Source: Shewanella sp. (GTDB lineage Bacteria; Pseudomonadota; Gammaproteobacteria; Enterobacterales; Shewanellaceae). From it: a DNA stretch of 64,000 nt. Location: assembly GCF_041630135.1 (NCBI RefSeq), contig NZ_JBFKLW010000019.1, positions 2,675 to 66,674 of the forward strand. Direction: 5' to 3'. Numbering within the stretch: position 1 is the first letter of the stretch; the number at the start of each line of letters is the position of its first letter. Below are positions 10,562-20,189 of the stretch, in pieces. A program made the translations under genes and the position numbers. The notes under the pieces are model-generated. The model saw only the letters and a program-made list of their open reading frames with translations. It ran no database searches and had not been told where the DNA came from.

Positions 10562-11373
10562 AAAAGCTGGGTTTTTCTACCGTGATGTTGTGGTTGGGGC
10601 TCATCTTCCTTTATGCCCCCATGTTTATCCTGATTTTCTACTCCTTCAACGCGTCCAAGCTGGTGACCGTGTGGGGTGGATTCTCGCCCAAGTGGTACGT
10701 GGAGCTGTTCAAGGATCAGCAAATTCTCGATGCGGTCTGGACCAGCCTCGAGATAGCTTTCCTGTCGGCCTCCATGGCGGTGGTGCTTGGCACCATGGCG
10801 GCCTTCGTGATGACACGTTTTCGCCGCAGCTGGGCCAAACTGTCGCTGTCGAACATGATAACAGCGCCGCTGGTTATGCCTGAGGTAATTACAGGTCTGT
10901 CGCTGTTGCTGCTGTTTGTGCACATGGCAGACTTAATCGGATGGCCTACCGAGCGTGGCAGACTCACCATTTGGCTCGCGCATTCCACCTTTTGTGCGGC
11001 GTACGTGGCAGTGGTAGTGTCGTCCCGCTTGCGGGAACTGGATATGTCGATTGAGGAAGCTGCTATGGATTTGGGCGCGACGCCGCTCAAGACCTTCTTC
11101 CTGATCACCGTCCCCATGATTGCCCCGGCGCTGACCGCTGGCTGGTTACTGTCTTTCAGCCTGTCGCTTGACGACCTGGTGATTGCCAGCTTTGCTTCCG
11201 GCCCAGGTGCAACCACGCTGCCGATGGTGGTGTTCTCCTCGGTGCGTTTAGGGGTATCACCCAAAATAAACGCCCTGGCGACGTTAATCATTCTCGCGGT
11301 ATCCCTGATGGCTTTCCTGTCCTGGTATTTTGCCCGCCGGGCAGAGAAAAAGGCCAAGGCCGCCATGGAGTAG
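10558..11373 (+). CDS. potI: putrescine ABC transporter permease
   Basis: Multi-TM protein with EAA loop IEEAAMDLG. ATGA overlap with potH. Confidence 0.9.
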   Translation: MKKLGFSTVMLWLGLIFLYAPMFILIFYSFNASKLVTVWGGFSPKWYVELFKDQQILDAVWTSLEIAFLSASMAVVLGTMAAFVMTRFRRSWAKLSLSNMITAPLVMPEVITGLSLLLLFVHMADLIGWPTERGRLTIWLAHSTFCAAYVAVVVSSRLRELDMSIEEAAMDLGATPLKTFFLITVPMIAPALTAGWLLSFSLSLDDLVIASFASGPGATTLPMVVFSSVRLGVSPKINALATLIILAVSLMAFLSWYFARRAEKKAKAAME

Positions 11374-11401
11374 AGTTTCACTGTACTTGGATTTACCAAT
11401 A

Positions 11402-11434
11402 AACGGTCGCGCAAGCGGCCGTTTTTGTTTGTTT
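11402..11434 (+). terminator. terminator after potI
   Basis: AACGGTCGC gcaa GCGGCCGTT, then TTTGTTTGTTT. Confidence 0.75.
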
Positions 11435-11517
11435 AATATATTCAACAAATATGCAAGATATTCGGCAAATACGGCTAGAGTTTCCCTTGTCGAAGGTGTA
11501 GGATGGGTTGGTTGTTT

Positions 11518-11530
11518 AAAATAATGAACA
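11518..11530 (+). promoter_or_regulatory. candidate PuuR operator (AAAATAATGAACA)
   Basis: This is the closest of the three copies to the recalled E. coli motif. It ends 20 nt upstream of the start of the second puuB paralogue. Confidence 0.4.
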
Positions 11531-11549
11531 TAAGAAAGAAGGAAGCATC

Positions 11550-12836
11550 ATGTCTGCTACACCTCATACCGAGTCCTACTATGCCGCTTCCGCCAATGAC
11601 ACCCGCATTCGTCCTCGCCTTGAGGAGCATCTTGAAACCGACGTGTGTGTTATAGGCGCAGGCTACACGGGTCTGTCCTCGGCATTGCATTTGCTTGAAA
11701 GTGGTTTCAAGGTCGTGGTTTTGGAGGCGGCCCGAATTGGTTGGGGCGCCTCGGGTCGCAATGGCGGCCAAATTGTTAACAGCTATAGCCGGGACATTGA
11801 TGTCATTGAAAAAACCGTTGGCAAGGAAAAGGGCAAGCTGTTCGGTGAAATGGCATTTGAAGGCGGTCGTATCATTCGCGATCGCATCGAAAAATACAAT
11901 ATTGACTGCGATCTGAAAAACGGCGGCGTGTTTGCTGCACTCAACCAGAAGCAGATGGGACACCTCAAAGCGCAAAAAGCACTGTGGGAGTCTCACGGCC
12001 ATACCAATCAGCTGGAAATTCTCGATGAAGCCGGTATCCGTAATGTGGTGAATACTGAACGTTACGTCGGCGGTATGCTGGATAAGAGCGGTGGTCACAT
12101 TCATCCGTTGAATTTGGCGCTGGGCGAGGCCCGTGCGGTGGAAAGCCTCGGCGGTAAAATCTTTGAAGACTCAGCCGTGCTCGATGTAGTGGAAGGCGAG
12201 CCCGCCATCGTTAAGACAGAGTTTGGTCAGGTGAAGGCCCGTTTTGTGGTGGTGGCCGGTAATGCTTACCTTGGCAAGCTGATGCCTGAGCTGATGGCCA
12301 AGTCCATGCCCTGCGGCACCCAGGTGATTACTACTGAGCCCCTGAGCGATGAGATGGCAAAAAGCCTGCTGCCACAGGACTATTGTGTGGAAGACTGTAA
12401 CTACCTGCTGGATTATTTCCGTCTCTCCGGCGACAAGCGTCTGATTTACGGTGGCGGCGTGGTTTACGGCGCCCGTGACCCGGACAATATAAAATCAATC
12501 ATCTTGCCCAAGATGTTGAAAACCTTTCCACAGCTTAAGGATGTTCGCATCGACTTTACCTGGACAGGTAACTTCCTGTTGACGCTTTCGCGTCTGCCGC
12601 AGGTGGGTCGTATCGGCAAGAACATCTATTACTCTCAGGGTTGCAGTGGCCATGGTGTGACCTACACCCATCTGGCGGGCAAGCTGATTGCTGAAGTGCT
12701 CAATGGACAGGCCACCCGCTTCGATGTGTTTGCTGAGTTGCCTCATTATCCGTTCCCCGGCGGCCATGCGATGCGGATCCCCTTCAGTGCCATCGGTGCC
12801 TGGTATTACACCATGCGCGATAAGCTTGGCATTTAA
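11550..12836 (+). CDS. second FAD-dependent oxidoreductase, a PuuB/PauB-type paralogue
   Basis: VCVIGAGYTGL and WGASGRNGG motifs. It is colinear with the 1036-2343 product and clearly diverged from it, at roughly 40-50% identity by eye. Confidence 0.8.
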   Translation: MSATPHTESYYAASANDTRIRPRLEEHLETDVCVIGAGYTGLSSALHLLESGFKVVVLEAARIGWGASGRNGGQIVNSYSRDIDVIEKTVGKEKGKLFGEMAFEGGRIIRDRIEKYNIDCDLKNGGVFAALNQKQMGHLKAQKALWESHGHTNQLEILDEAGIRNVVNTERYVGGMLDKSGGHIHPLNLALGEARAVESLGGKIFEDSAVLDVVEGEPAIVKTEFGQVKARFVVVAGNAYLGKLMPELMAKSMPCGTQVITTEPLSDEMAKSLLPQDYCVEDCNYLLDYFRLSGDKRLIYGGGVVYGARDPDNIKSIILPKMLKTFPQLKDVRIDFTWTGNFLLTLSRLPQVGRIGKNIYYSQGCSGHGVTYTHLAGKLIAEVLNGQATRFDVFAELPHYPFPGGHAMRIPFSAIGAWYYTMRDKLGI

Positions 12837-12884
12837 CAGTATTCACGGCGTAAGTGCCCAGTAACAAGTAACAAGGAGTCAGCT

Positions 12885-14327
12885 GTGCAGCTCAAACGTC
12901 CTTCACTTTTGAAAAACCAGTGTTATGTAAACGGCGAGTGGCGCGATGCCCTTTCGGGCGAAACGGTCACTATCGCTAATCCGGCTTCCAATGAGGCCAT
13001 TGCCTCTGTGCCTGTGATGGGGCGTGATGAAACCCGCGAGGCCATTGCCGCTGCGGAGGCGGCGTTGCCCGCCTGGCGTGCGCTTACCGCCAAGGAACGT
13101 GGTGCCAAACTGCGCCGCTGGTATGAGCTGATGTTGGAAAACGCCGATGATCTGGCGCTGATGATGACCACAGAGCAGGGTAAGCCTTTGGCCGAAGCCA
13201 GGGGCGAGGTGGTGTATGCCGCGTCCTTTATCGAATGGTTTGCCGAAGAAGCCAAGCGTTTGTATGGCGATACCATACCCGGCCATCAGGGCGACAAGCG
13301 CATCATGGTGATTAAGCAGGGCGTGGGTGTTACTGCGGCCATTACGCCGTGGAACTTCCCGGCAGCCATGATTACCCGCAAGGCCGGGCCCGCGCTGGCC
13401 GCAGGCTGCACCATGATAGTAAAACCTGCGCCGCAGACACCTTTCACCGCACTGGCACTGGCTGAGCTTGCCGAGGAAGCTGGTATTCCTGCCGGGGTTT
13501 TCAGCGTGGTTACCGGTGATGCAGTAGCGATTGGCAACGAGCTTTGCGAAAACCCTGTGGTGCGTAAGTTGTCCTTCACCGGTTCCACCGGTGTTGGTAT
13601 CAAGCTGATGCAGCAGTGCGCGCCGACGCTGAAAAAAGTCTCGCTGGAGCTGGGCGGTAACGCACCCTTTATCGTGTTTAACGATGCGGATTTGGATGCG
13701 GCAGTTGAAGGTGCCATGATTTCCAAATACCGCAACGCGGGTCAAACCTGTGTCTGTGCCAACCGCCTCTATGTGCAGGACGGTGTGTACGATGCCTTTG
13801 CCGAGAAGCTCGCCGCTGCCGTGGCCAAGCTCAAGGTGGGCAATGGCGCCGAACCTGGCGTGACCACAGGCCCGCTTATCAACTCAGCCGCACTTGAGAA
13901 GGTGCAGGGGCATCTAAAGGACGCGCTGGATAAAGGCGCGACCCTGGTTGCCGGCGGCAAACCGCTGGGTGGCAACTTTATGGAGCCTGCCATTGTGACC
14001 AACGTGGATGCCAGCATGAAGGTGGCCCGCGAGGAAACCTTTGGCCCGCTGGCACCGCTGTTTCGCTTCAGCGATGTTGACGATGTGATTCGTCAGGCCA
14101 ACGATACTGAGTTTGGACTGGCTGCCTACTTCTATGGCCGCGATATTTCCCTTATCTGGAAGGTAGCCGAGGCACTGGAATACGGCATGGTAGGTGTGAA
14201 TACCGGGCTTATTTCAACAGAAGTAGCCCCCTTTGGCGGCATGAAATCATCGGGGCTGGGGCGTGAAGGCTCCAAGTACGGCATCGATGAGTATGTAGAA
14301 ATCAAATATATCTGTCTGTCGGTGTGA
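12885..14327 (+). CDS. gabD: succinate-semialdehyde dehydrogenase
   Basis: GTG start. Near-continuous similarity to E. coli GabD as recalled (ITPWNFPAAMITRKAGPALAAGCTM, ELGGNAPFIVF, GQTCVCANRLYVQDGVYD). Confidence 0.92.
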   Translation: MQLKRPSLLKNQCYVNGEWRDALSGETVTIANPASNEAIASVPVMGRDETREAIAAAEAALPAWRALTAKERGAKLRRWYELMLENADDLALMMTTEQGKPLAEARGEVVYAASFIEWFAEEAKRLYGDTIPGHQGDKRIMVIKQGVGVTAAITPWNFPAAMITRKAGPALAAGCTMIVKPAPQTPFTALALAELAEEAGIPAGVFSVVTGDAVAIGNELCENPVVRKLSFTGSTGVGIKLMQQCAPTLKKVSLELGGNAPFIVFNDADLDAAVEGAMISKYRNAGQTCVCANRLYVQDGVYDAFAEKLAAAVAKLKVGNGAEPGVTTGPLINSAALEKVQGHLKDALDKGATLVAGGKPLGGNFMEPAIVTNVDASMKVAREETFGPLAPLFRFSDVDDVIRQANDTEFGLAAYFYGRDISLIWKVAEALEYGMVGVNTGLISTEVAPFGGMKSSGLGREGSKYGIDEYVEIKYICLSV

Positions 14328-14348
14328 CCGGCCAAACAGGAGAACGTT

Positions 14349-15626
14349 ATGAGCTTGACCAATGATTCTTTGATGGTTCGTCGCCGCGCTGCTGTAGCCG
14401 GTGGTGTTGGCCAAATCCACCCTGTGTTCACCGATCGCGCCGAAAACGCCACCGTGTGGGACGTGGAAGGCCGCGAGTATATCGACTTTGCCGGCGGTAT
14501 TGCGGTGCTGAACACCGGCCACCTGCACCCTAAAGTGAAGGCTGCCGTTGCCGAGCAGCTTGAGAAGTTTTCTCACACCTGTTTTATGGTGCTGGGCTAT
14601 GAAAGCTACGTGGCCGTGTGTGAGAAGCTGAACCAACTGGTGCCCGGTGACTTCGCCAAGAAGTCGGCATTGTTTACCAGTGGCTCTGAAGCGGTGGAAA
14701 ACGCCATCAAGGTGGCTCGCGCCTACACCAAGCGTGCCGGGGTGATTGCCTTTACCTCGGGCTACCATGGCCGCACCATGGCGGCATTGGCGCTGACCGG
14801 TAAAGTGGCACCCTACAGCAAGGGCATGGGGCTGATGCAGGCCAATGTGTTTCGCGCCGAATTCCCCTGTGAACTGCACGGGGTGAGCGAAGACGATGCC
14901 ATGGCTTCCATCGACCGCATTTTCAAGAACGACGCTGAGCCAGGCGATATTGCCGCCATTATTCTTGAACCAGTTCAGGGTGAGGGTGGTTTTTATGCGG
15001 CCACCCCCAGCTTTATGAAGCGTCTGCGTGAGCTGTGTGATCGTGAAGGCATCATGCTGATTGCCGATGAAGTGCAAACAGGCGCTGGCCGTACCGGCAC
15101 TTTCTTCGCCATGGAACAAATGGGTGTGGCGCCGGACATTACCACTTTTGCCAAGTCCATTGCCGGTGGCTTCCCGCTGTCCGGTATTACCGGCCGTGCC
15201 GAAGTCATGGACGCCATTGGCCCAGGTGGCCTTGGTGGCACCTACGGCGGCAGCCCGCTGGCCTGTGCCGCTGCGCTGGCGGTGATTGAAGTGTTTGAGC
15301 AGGAAAAGCTGCTTGAGCGCTCCAACGCCATTGGCCAGACCATTAAGTCAGCCATCGGTGAACTTGCCAGCCGTTATCCGCAAATCGCCGAGGTACGTGG
15401 TCTGGGCTCGATGATTGCCATTGAGCTGATGGAGAACGGCAAACCAGCTCCTCAGTACTGCCCACAGGTTCTCACAGAGGCGCGTAACCGTGGCCTTATC
15501 CTGCTGTCATGCGGAACTTACGGCAACGTGCTGCGGATTTTGGTGCCCATCACGGCACCGGATGAACAAATCCAGCGTGGGCTTGAAATCATGGCCGAAT
15601 GCTTCGAGACCGTTCTAGGCAACTAG
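14349..15626 (+). CDS. gabT: 4-aminobutyrate aminotransferase
   Basis: Class-III aminotransferase motifs ADEVQTGAGRTG and TFAKSIAGGFP. It follows gabD. Confidence 0.9.
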   Translation: MSLTNDSLMVRRRAAVAGGVGQIHPVFTDRAENATVWDVEGREYIDFAGGIAVLNTGHLHPKVKAAVAEQLEKFSHTCFMVLGYESYVAVCEKLNQLVPGDFAKKSALFTSGSEAVENAIKVARAYTKRAGVIAFTSGYHGRTMAALALTGKVAPYSKGMGLMQANVFRAEFPCELHGVSEDDAMASIDRIFKNDAEPGDIAAIILEPVQGEGGFYAATPSFMKRLRELCDREGIMLIADEVQTGAGRTGTFFAMEQMGVAPDITTFAKSIAGGFPLSGITGRAEVMDAIGPGGLGGTYGGSPLACAAALAVIEVFEQEKLLERSNAIGQTIKSAIGELASRYPQIAEVRGLGSMIAIELMENGKPAPQYCPQVLTEARNRGLILLSCGTYGNVLRILVPITAPDEQIQRGLEIMAECFETVLGN

Positions 15627-15637
15627 TGTTAGTAAAG

Positions 15638-15662
15638 GCGGCCCGTGTAGGGCCGCTTTTTA
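15638..15662 (+). terminator. terminator after gabT
   Basis: GCGGCCC gtgta GGGCCGC TTTTT. Confidence 0.8.
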
Positions 15663-15758
15663 TTGGGAATTGGTGTTATTGCGCAAGACCTTACAGGGCA
15701 GGGAGGCTCGTACCTACTATACTCAGACAAGCCTTTTTAGGATTTTTTGGGGAAAACC

Positions 15759-17879
15759 ATGAAAAAACTTCCTTTGCGACAGAAGCTGCTTTGGATGACC
15801 TCGGCGCTGTTTCTTGCCACGGTAGCTATTATGTCCATCAGCCTTTGGACAACCTTATCTTCCGAAACCGAAGAACTTTCAGTCGAAGTTGATCAAGCTC
15901 TGAACGATGAAATCAGAACTAAATTGACCGCCAGTGCCGGACGTTATGGCGAAAAGGTAGCGGCCTTTATCAACGAAGCCTACCGAATTCCTTATTCTTT
16001 TTCTGCCATGATGGAAGATGACTCCCTTAGCCGGGGAATAAGCCGGGATGCGGTTCAGGCCGCCGTGGGGAGCATATTGAATAAAAATAAACAAATATCC
16101 TCTATGTACTCCCAGTTCGAACCCAATGGCTTTGATGGCCGGGATGCCGAATTTACCGCATCCGGACTGATGCACTCGGTGGCTGAAGCCGGTACTCTGG
16201 AAGTGTACTTTTATCGTAATGATGATGGCAGCATCACTCAGCAGCAGGTGGATGATGCCAGTGAAAAATACGTCGATACCCTCAATGAGTTTGGCCTGCG
16301 CGAGGCCGAGTGGTATCTGTGTGCCAAGGACAGCAAAAAGCCTTGCCTGATGGAGCCCTACCTCTACGAAATTGAGCCTGGTAACAACATGCTGATGACT
16401 TCCCTGACAGTACCGGTATTGCGGGCAGGGCGTTTTATTGGTGTGGTTGGGGTCGATTTGAATTTGCCTGTGTTCCAAAAGATGATTCAGGAGTTATCTG
16501 CCAGTCTCTATCAGGGGCAGGCTAAAGTAACCCTGCTTTCGGGCAAAGGATTGATAGTTGCAGCCAGCCACTATGATAAGAAAGCGCGCCCGCTGGCTGA
16601 GGTCGTTAACAAATCCTTGGCACAGCAAATATTGGCTTTGGGTCAGGGCAGTGGTTACCTTCTTAATGATGAGAGTCTGATTGTTGGCTACCCCATAGAT
16701 ATTCCGCTTTCCGGCAGTCAGTGGCTGCTGAGCATTGAAGTGCCCCGTGACATTGCTTTTGCCAGCGCCCATAAGGTTCATGACAGTATGGAAGCCATGG
16801 CCTCGGGGATGGGGCGGTTTGTATTGCTGTTGGGGATTGCCGTTGCGGCCGTTGCCGTGGTGATAGTGGCACTGTTCATTCGAAGTGTTGTCGCGCCAAT
16901 ACAGCAAATTCAGCACAGGGTAAGTCAACTGGCCAGCGCTGAAGGGGATTTGACCCAACAGTTGAAGGTGGAAGAACATGCTGAACTGATTGCACTTGGC
17001 GACGGCTTTAATGCTTTTATCGGCAAGCTCCATGGACTTATCAGCGATCTTAAGTCAGTTGCTGCTGAGTCCAGAAAGGAAAGTAAGGTAACGGCCGATA
17101 TTGCAGAGCTCACCAAGCAGAGTGTCAATCGGCAATACAGTGAGATTGAAAGTGTTGTCACTGCGGTAAATGAAATGAGCCATACAGCGCAGGAAGTGGC
17201 CAATGCGTCAGAGCAGACAGCAACTGAATCATCCGCCATGACATCACAGGTCAGGCAAAGTCAGGAAAGCCTGACCGAAGCGGTGAAATTGGTCTCTACC
17301 ATGGCCAATGAGTCTCAGCAGGCGAAAATTGCCGTGGGCAAGGTGGCAGACAGCAGTACCAATATCAGTAAGATTTTGGAAGTGATCAGTGCCATCGCGG
17401 CGCAAACCAACTTGCTGGCACTGAATGCGGCCATTGAAGCTGCCCGTGCCGGCGAGCAGGGGCGTGGCTTTGCGGTGGTTGCTGATGAGGTGCGCTCGCT
17501 GGCATCCAAAACCCAGGCCTCCACCGATGATATTGGCAGGCTGATTGATGCGTTGCAGCAGGAAGTAAGCGGCGCCACCAACATTATCGACAACGGAGTG
17601 GTTTTGGCTGAGCAGGCCACAGCTCAAACCGAGAGAGCGTTTGAGGCGTTGTCGTCCATGGTGGAGCGTATTAACGAAATCTCCAATCAGGTGACTCAAA
17701 TCGCCACCGCAGCCGAGGAGCAAAGCTCAGTCACCGAAGAAGTGAGCCGTAACATTACCGGCATTTCGGATTCGGCCGCCGAGTTGATGCAGCTTGCTGA
17801 GCGTGCCCGCGGAAGCAGCGAAAGCCTTGCCAAGTTGGTTGGGCGCCAGGATGGTGAGTTGGCCAAACTGCGAACCTGA
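15759..17879 (+). CDS. methyl-accepting chemotaxis protein with a periplasmic double-Cache-type sensor
   Basis: N-terminal TM, a Cache-like region (WY...EPYLYE...LTVPV...GVVGVDL), a second TM, HAMP, and the signalling hairpin [31 protein letters not shown]. Confidence 0.9.
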   Translation: MKKLPLRQKLLWMTSALFLATVAIMSISLWTTLSSETEELSVEVDQALNDEIRTKLTASAGRYGEKVAAFINEAYRIPYSFSAMMEDDSLSRGISRDAVQAAVGSILNKNKQISSMYSQFEPNGFDGRDAEFTASGLMHSVAEAGTLEVYFYRNDDGSITQQQVDDASEKYVDTLNEFGLREAEWYLCAKDSKKPCLMEPYLYEIEPGNNMLMTSLTVPVLRAGRFIGVVGVDLNLPVFQKMIQELSASLYQGQAKVTLLSGKGLIVAASHYDKKARPLAEVVNKSLAQQILALGQGSGYLLNDESLIVGYPIDIPLSGSQWLLSIEVPRDIAFASAHKVHDSMEAMASGMGRFVLLLGIAVAAVAVVIVALFIRSVVAPIQQIQHRVSQLASAEGDLTQQLKVEEHAELIALGDGFNAFIGKLHGLISDLKSVAAESRKESKVTADIAELTKQSVNRQYSEIESVVTAVNEMSHTAQEVANASEQTATESSAMTSQVRQSQESLTEAVKLVSTMANESQQAKIAVGKVADSSTNISKILEVISAIAAQTNLLALNAAIEAARAGEQGRGFAVVADEVRSLASKTQASTDDIGRLIDALQQEVSGATNIIDNGVVLAEQATAQTERAFEALSSMVERINEISNQVTQIATAAEEQSSVTEEVSRNITGISDSAAELMQLAERARGSSESLAKLVGRQDGELAKLRT

Positions 17880-17901
17880 TACCAATCAGGTATCAAAACT
17901 G

Positions 17902-17928
17902 AAAAGGCAGCCCGATGGCTGCCTTTTT
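17902..17928. terminator. bidirectional terminator between the MCP and the MOSC gene
   Basis: AAAA GGCAGCC cgat GGCTGCC TTTTT. Confidence 0.85.
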
Positions 17929-17943
17929 ATTGGCGTCAGACAG

Positions 17944-19809
17944 TTAACTCAGGTTGATTTCCACATCGTCAACCGGCACGGCGCAGCAGGCCAGAATAAG
18001 CCCTGCGTCTTGTTCTTGCTCTGATAAAGCCTCCGCTTTGTGCTGCGCCACCTCGCCGCTGACTAAGCGGCATTTACAGCTGCCACATATTCCTGCACGG
18101 CAGGACCAGGGAATACTGATGCCCTGTGCTTCGGCCTGTGCCAACAGGCTGGTTTGGTTGTTTCCCTGAAAAGCCTTGCCATTAATGCGAATGCTCACTG
18201 ACTTCTTTTCTCTGGCGGCGGGTGTCGCAAGGCCGCCAAAGCTCTCGCTGTGGATTTGCGCCTGAGATAAGCCCAGAGATTGAAGCTCGGCTTCCGCATG
18301 CTGCATGAAGCCCAGTGGTCCGCAAATATAGGCTTCGGTGCCGGATACTGCGGCAGCAAGGTGGCGAATGGATTGGGATTGACCAGCTTGCCAGCGACCA
18401 CGGTTGCCTTGCCATTTGTCATCGGCCTGGGTCAGCCAGAGTTCCAGCGTCATGCCGCTGGCGTGCATTTCTGTCAGCGCGTCGGCTTCCGGGATGTCCT
18501 CCCGGCTGCGACATTGATGGATAAAATAAATATGGGACAGCGGCTTGGCATCCGTTGGTGCAGCGCCTTGCTGATGGGCCTTAAGCTGGGCGGTGCGCGC
18601 CATCGCCAGCATGGGTGTGATGCCAGAGCCTGCGCTGATAAGCAGCAGCGCTTTGCCTGCCCTGGGGCTGAAGCGTCCTTCGGGGCGGCCGCAGAGTACG
18701 GTGTCTCCAATCGCCAGTTCGTCGTGTAACCAGTTGGAAATATGCCCGCCTTCGGTGCGTTTCACCGCGATATGGTACAGGCCGTCTCCCGCAGCATGGG
18801 TCAGGCTGTAGCGGCGAATATGGCGCTCGCCGTCGATGTCGATGGCAAATACCAGATGCTGGCCCGGCAGGAAACCCGGCAGCGGCTTGTTGTCGGCGGC
18901 TTTGAATGCAAAGGCACAGAAATCACGGGCTATGGTGCGCTTTTCTGTGAGCACCATAGCGCGTTTGGCCGGCGCGAGATTGCGATAATGTTCGCTTTCC
19001 TGGGTTTTCAGCACCTCTATGGTATCACCCTCACGGATGATGCCTTCATTCAGGGCAATCAAGTTCTGACCGAAATTCACTTCGCCGCTGGCACTTTTGC
19101 GAAACTTACTCAGGGTTGACAGTGGCTCCCCCTGTGGATGGAAGCTGGCAGTGCCCGGTAGCACAGTGGTCATTACGCAGCGGCCACAGGGCTTGGCCAC
19201 ATCAAACTCTACCTCACCAATGCGAATACGCTTCCAGGTATCCTCTTCGAAGGCGCGGGTGTCTGAAACCACCAAATTGGTGCGAAATTGGCTCATCTGG
19301 CTGATGGCGTCGGACCGTAAATTGAGATCTTCAAGTGAAGCTTCGCTGATCAGCAGCAGTGGGTAACCATCGGCAAAACTGACGGTGGTGCCAAGCTTCT
19401 CGCGGTAGCGGTCGGAGGTTTCGCCAAGCCATAACAGCCGGGCGTTTTCGCCTAAAATGGACGACACCCAGGCGTCGGCAAGTGGATTGGTGGCCAGACC
19501 ATTGAAGTTGTCTTTCCAGACTCGGGTTGGTATCTGGGTGCGTTGAAAGGCTGATGCTTGTACACGCAGATCCGGTTTGCCTGCAAATCTGAGCCAGAGT
19601 TCGCCGGACTGAATGGCCTCGTCGGTTCCAAGCGGCTGGATTTGTTGTAGTAACGGATGGGTTCTGGCCGTAATGAACTCGCCATTCGGCCGAACCACGA
19701 TAAAACGGCGATCTCCGGCCAGTCCTTCTTTGCAGACCCGCGCCTGAGACAGTCGCTGTGTTGCCATGGACTTGACCGGATAGATATGTATTCCACTGAG
19801 CTTCGCCAT
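17944..19809 (-). CDS. MOSC_N/MOSC + FNR-like FAD/NAD(P) reductase + 2Fe-2S ferredoxin fusion protein (YcbX-like, extended)
   Basis: N-terminal MAKLSGIHIYPVKS (MOSC_N), FAD motif RRYSL, NAD motif ISAGSGITP, and C-terminal CRAGICGSCKC 2Fe-2S cluster motif. Confidence 0.8.
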   Translation of the reverse strand: MAKLSGIHIYPVKSMATQRLSQARVCKEGLAGDRRFIVVRPNGEFITARTHPLLQQIQPLGTDEAIQSGELWLRFAGKPDLRVQASAFQRTQIPTRVWKDNFNGLATNPLADAWVSSILGENARLLWLGETSDRYREKLGTTVSFADGYPLLLISEASLEDLNLRSDAISQMSQFRTNLVVSDTRAFEEDTWKRIRIGEVEFDVAKPCGRCVMTTVLPGTASFHPQGEPLSTLSKFRKSASGEVNFGQNLIALNEGIIREGDTIEVLKTQESEHYRNLAPAKRAMVLTEKRTIARDFCAFAFKAADNKPLPGFLPGQHLVFAIDIDGERHIRRYSLTHAAGDGLYHIAVKRTEGGHISNWLHDELAIGDTVLCGRPEGRFSPRAGKALLLISAGSGITPMLAMARTAQLKAHQQGAAPTDAKPLSHIYFIHQCRSREDIPEADALTEMHASGMTLELWLTQADDKWQGNRGRWQAGQSQSIRHLAAAVSGTEAYICGPLGFMQHAEAELQSLGLSQAQIHSESFGGLATPAAREKKSVSIRINGKAFQGNNQTSLLAQAEAQGISIPWSCRAGICGSCKCRLVSGEVAQHKAEALSEQEQDAGLILACCAVPVDDVEINLS

Positions 19810-20189
19810 TGGCCTTCTCCCTGCATCGGCGGCAAAACGCTCACTATATACCTTTCAGTGACAAAACATCAGTACCCGAGGGACGGCAAAATGTCTGACA
19901 GAGGAGGCTCGGGTTGGCTAAATTCACAAGACTTACTGGCTTAGGTTTGCCAGCAGTCATGCGGAATATTTGACTTTGAAAATGCATTCGCTGTGGTAAA
20001 GTGTTGGCCGCTGGTAGCCATGGTGTAAAAACGATGTAACACCATATCGGGTTGGTTTTGAGTAGCTGGAATGACTATTGATTGATTCTGGTTATGGTGG
20101 TTTTTATTCTGACATTGGCTGAAAGATTTGGTGCTCAGCATGCGGGACTTATTCAGGATGAAGCTGCATAGATTTCACGGAAGTTGATT

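Noticed and set aside
19941-20141. 66-aa ORF in the long MOSC/hypothetical intergenic region
   Set aside because: No RBS, Asn/Gln/His-rich composition, no signal peptide or motif. Treated as non-coding leader sequence.
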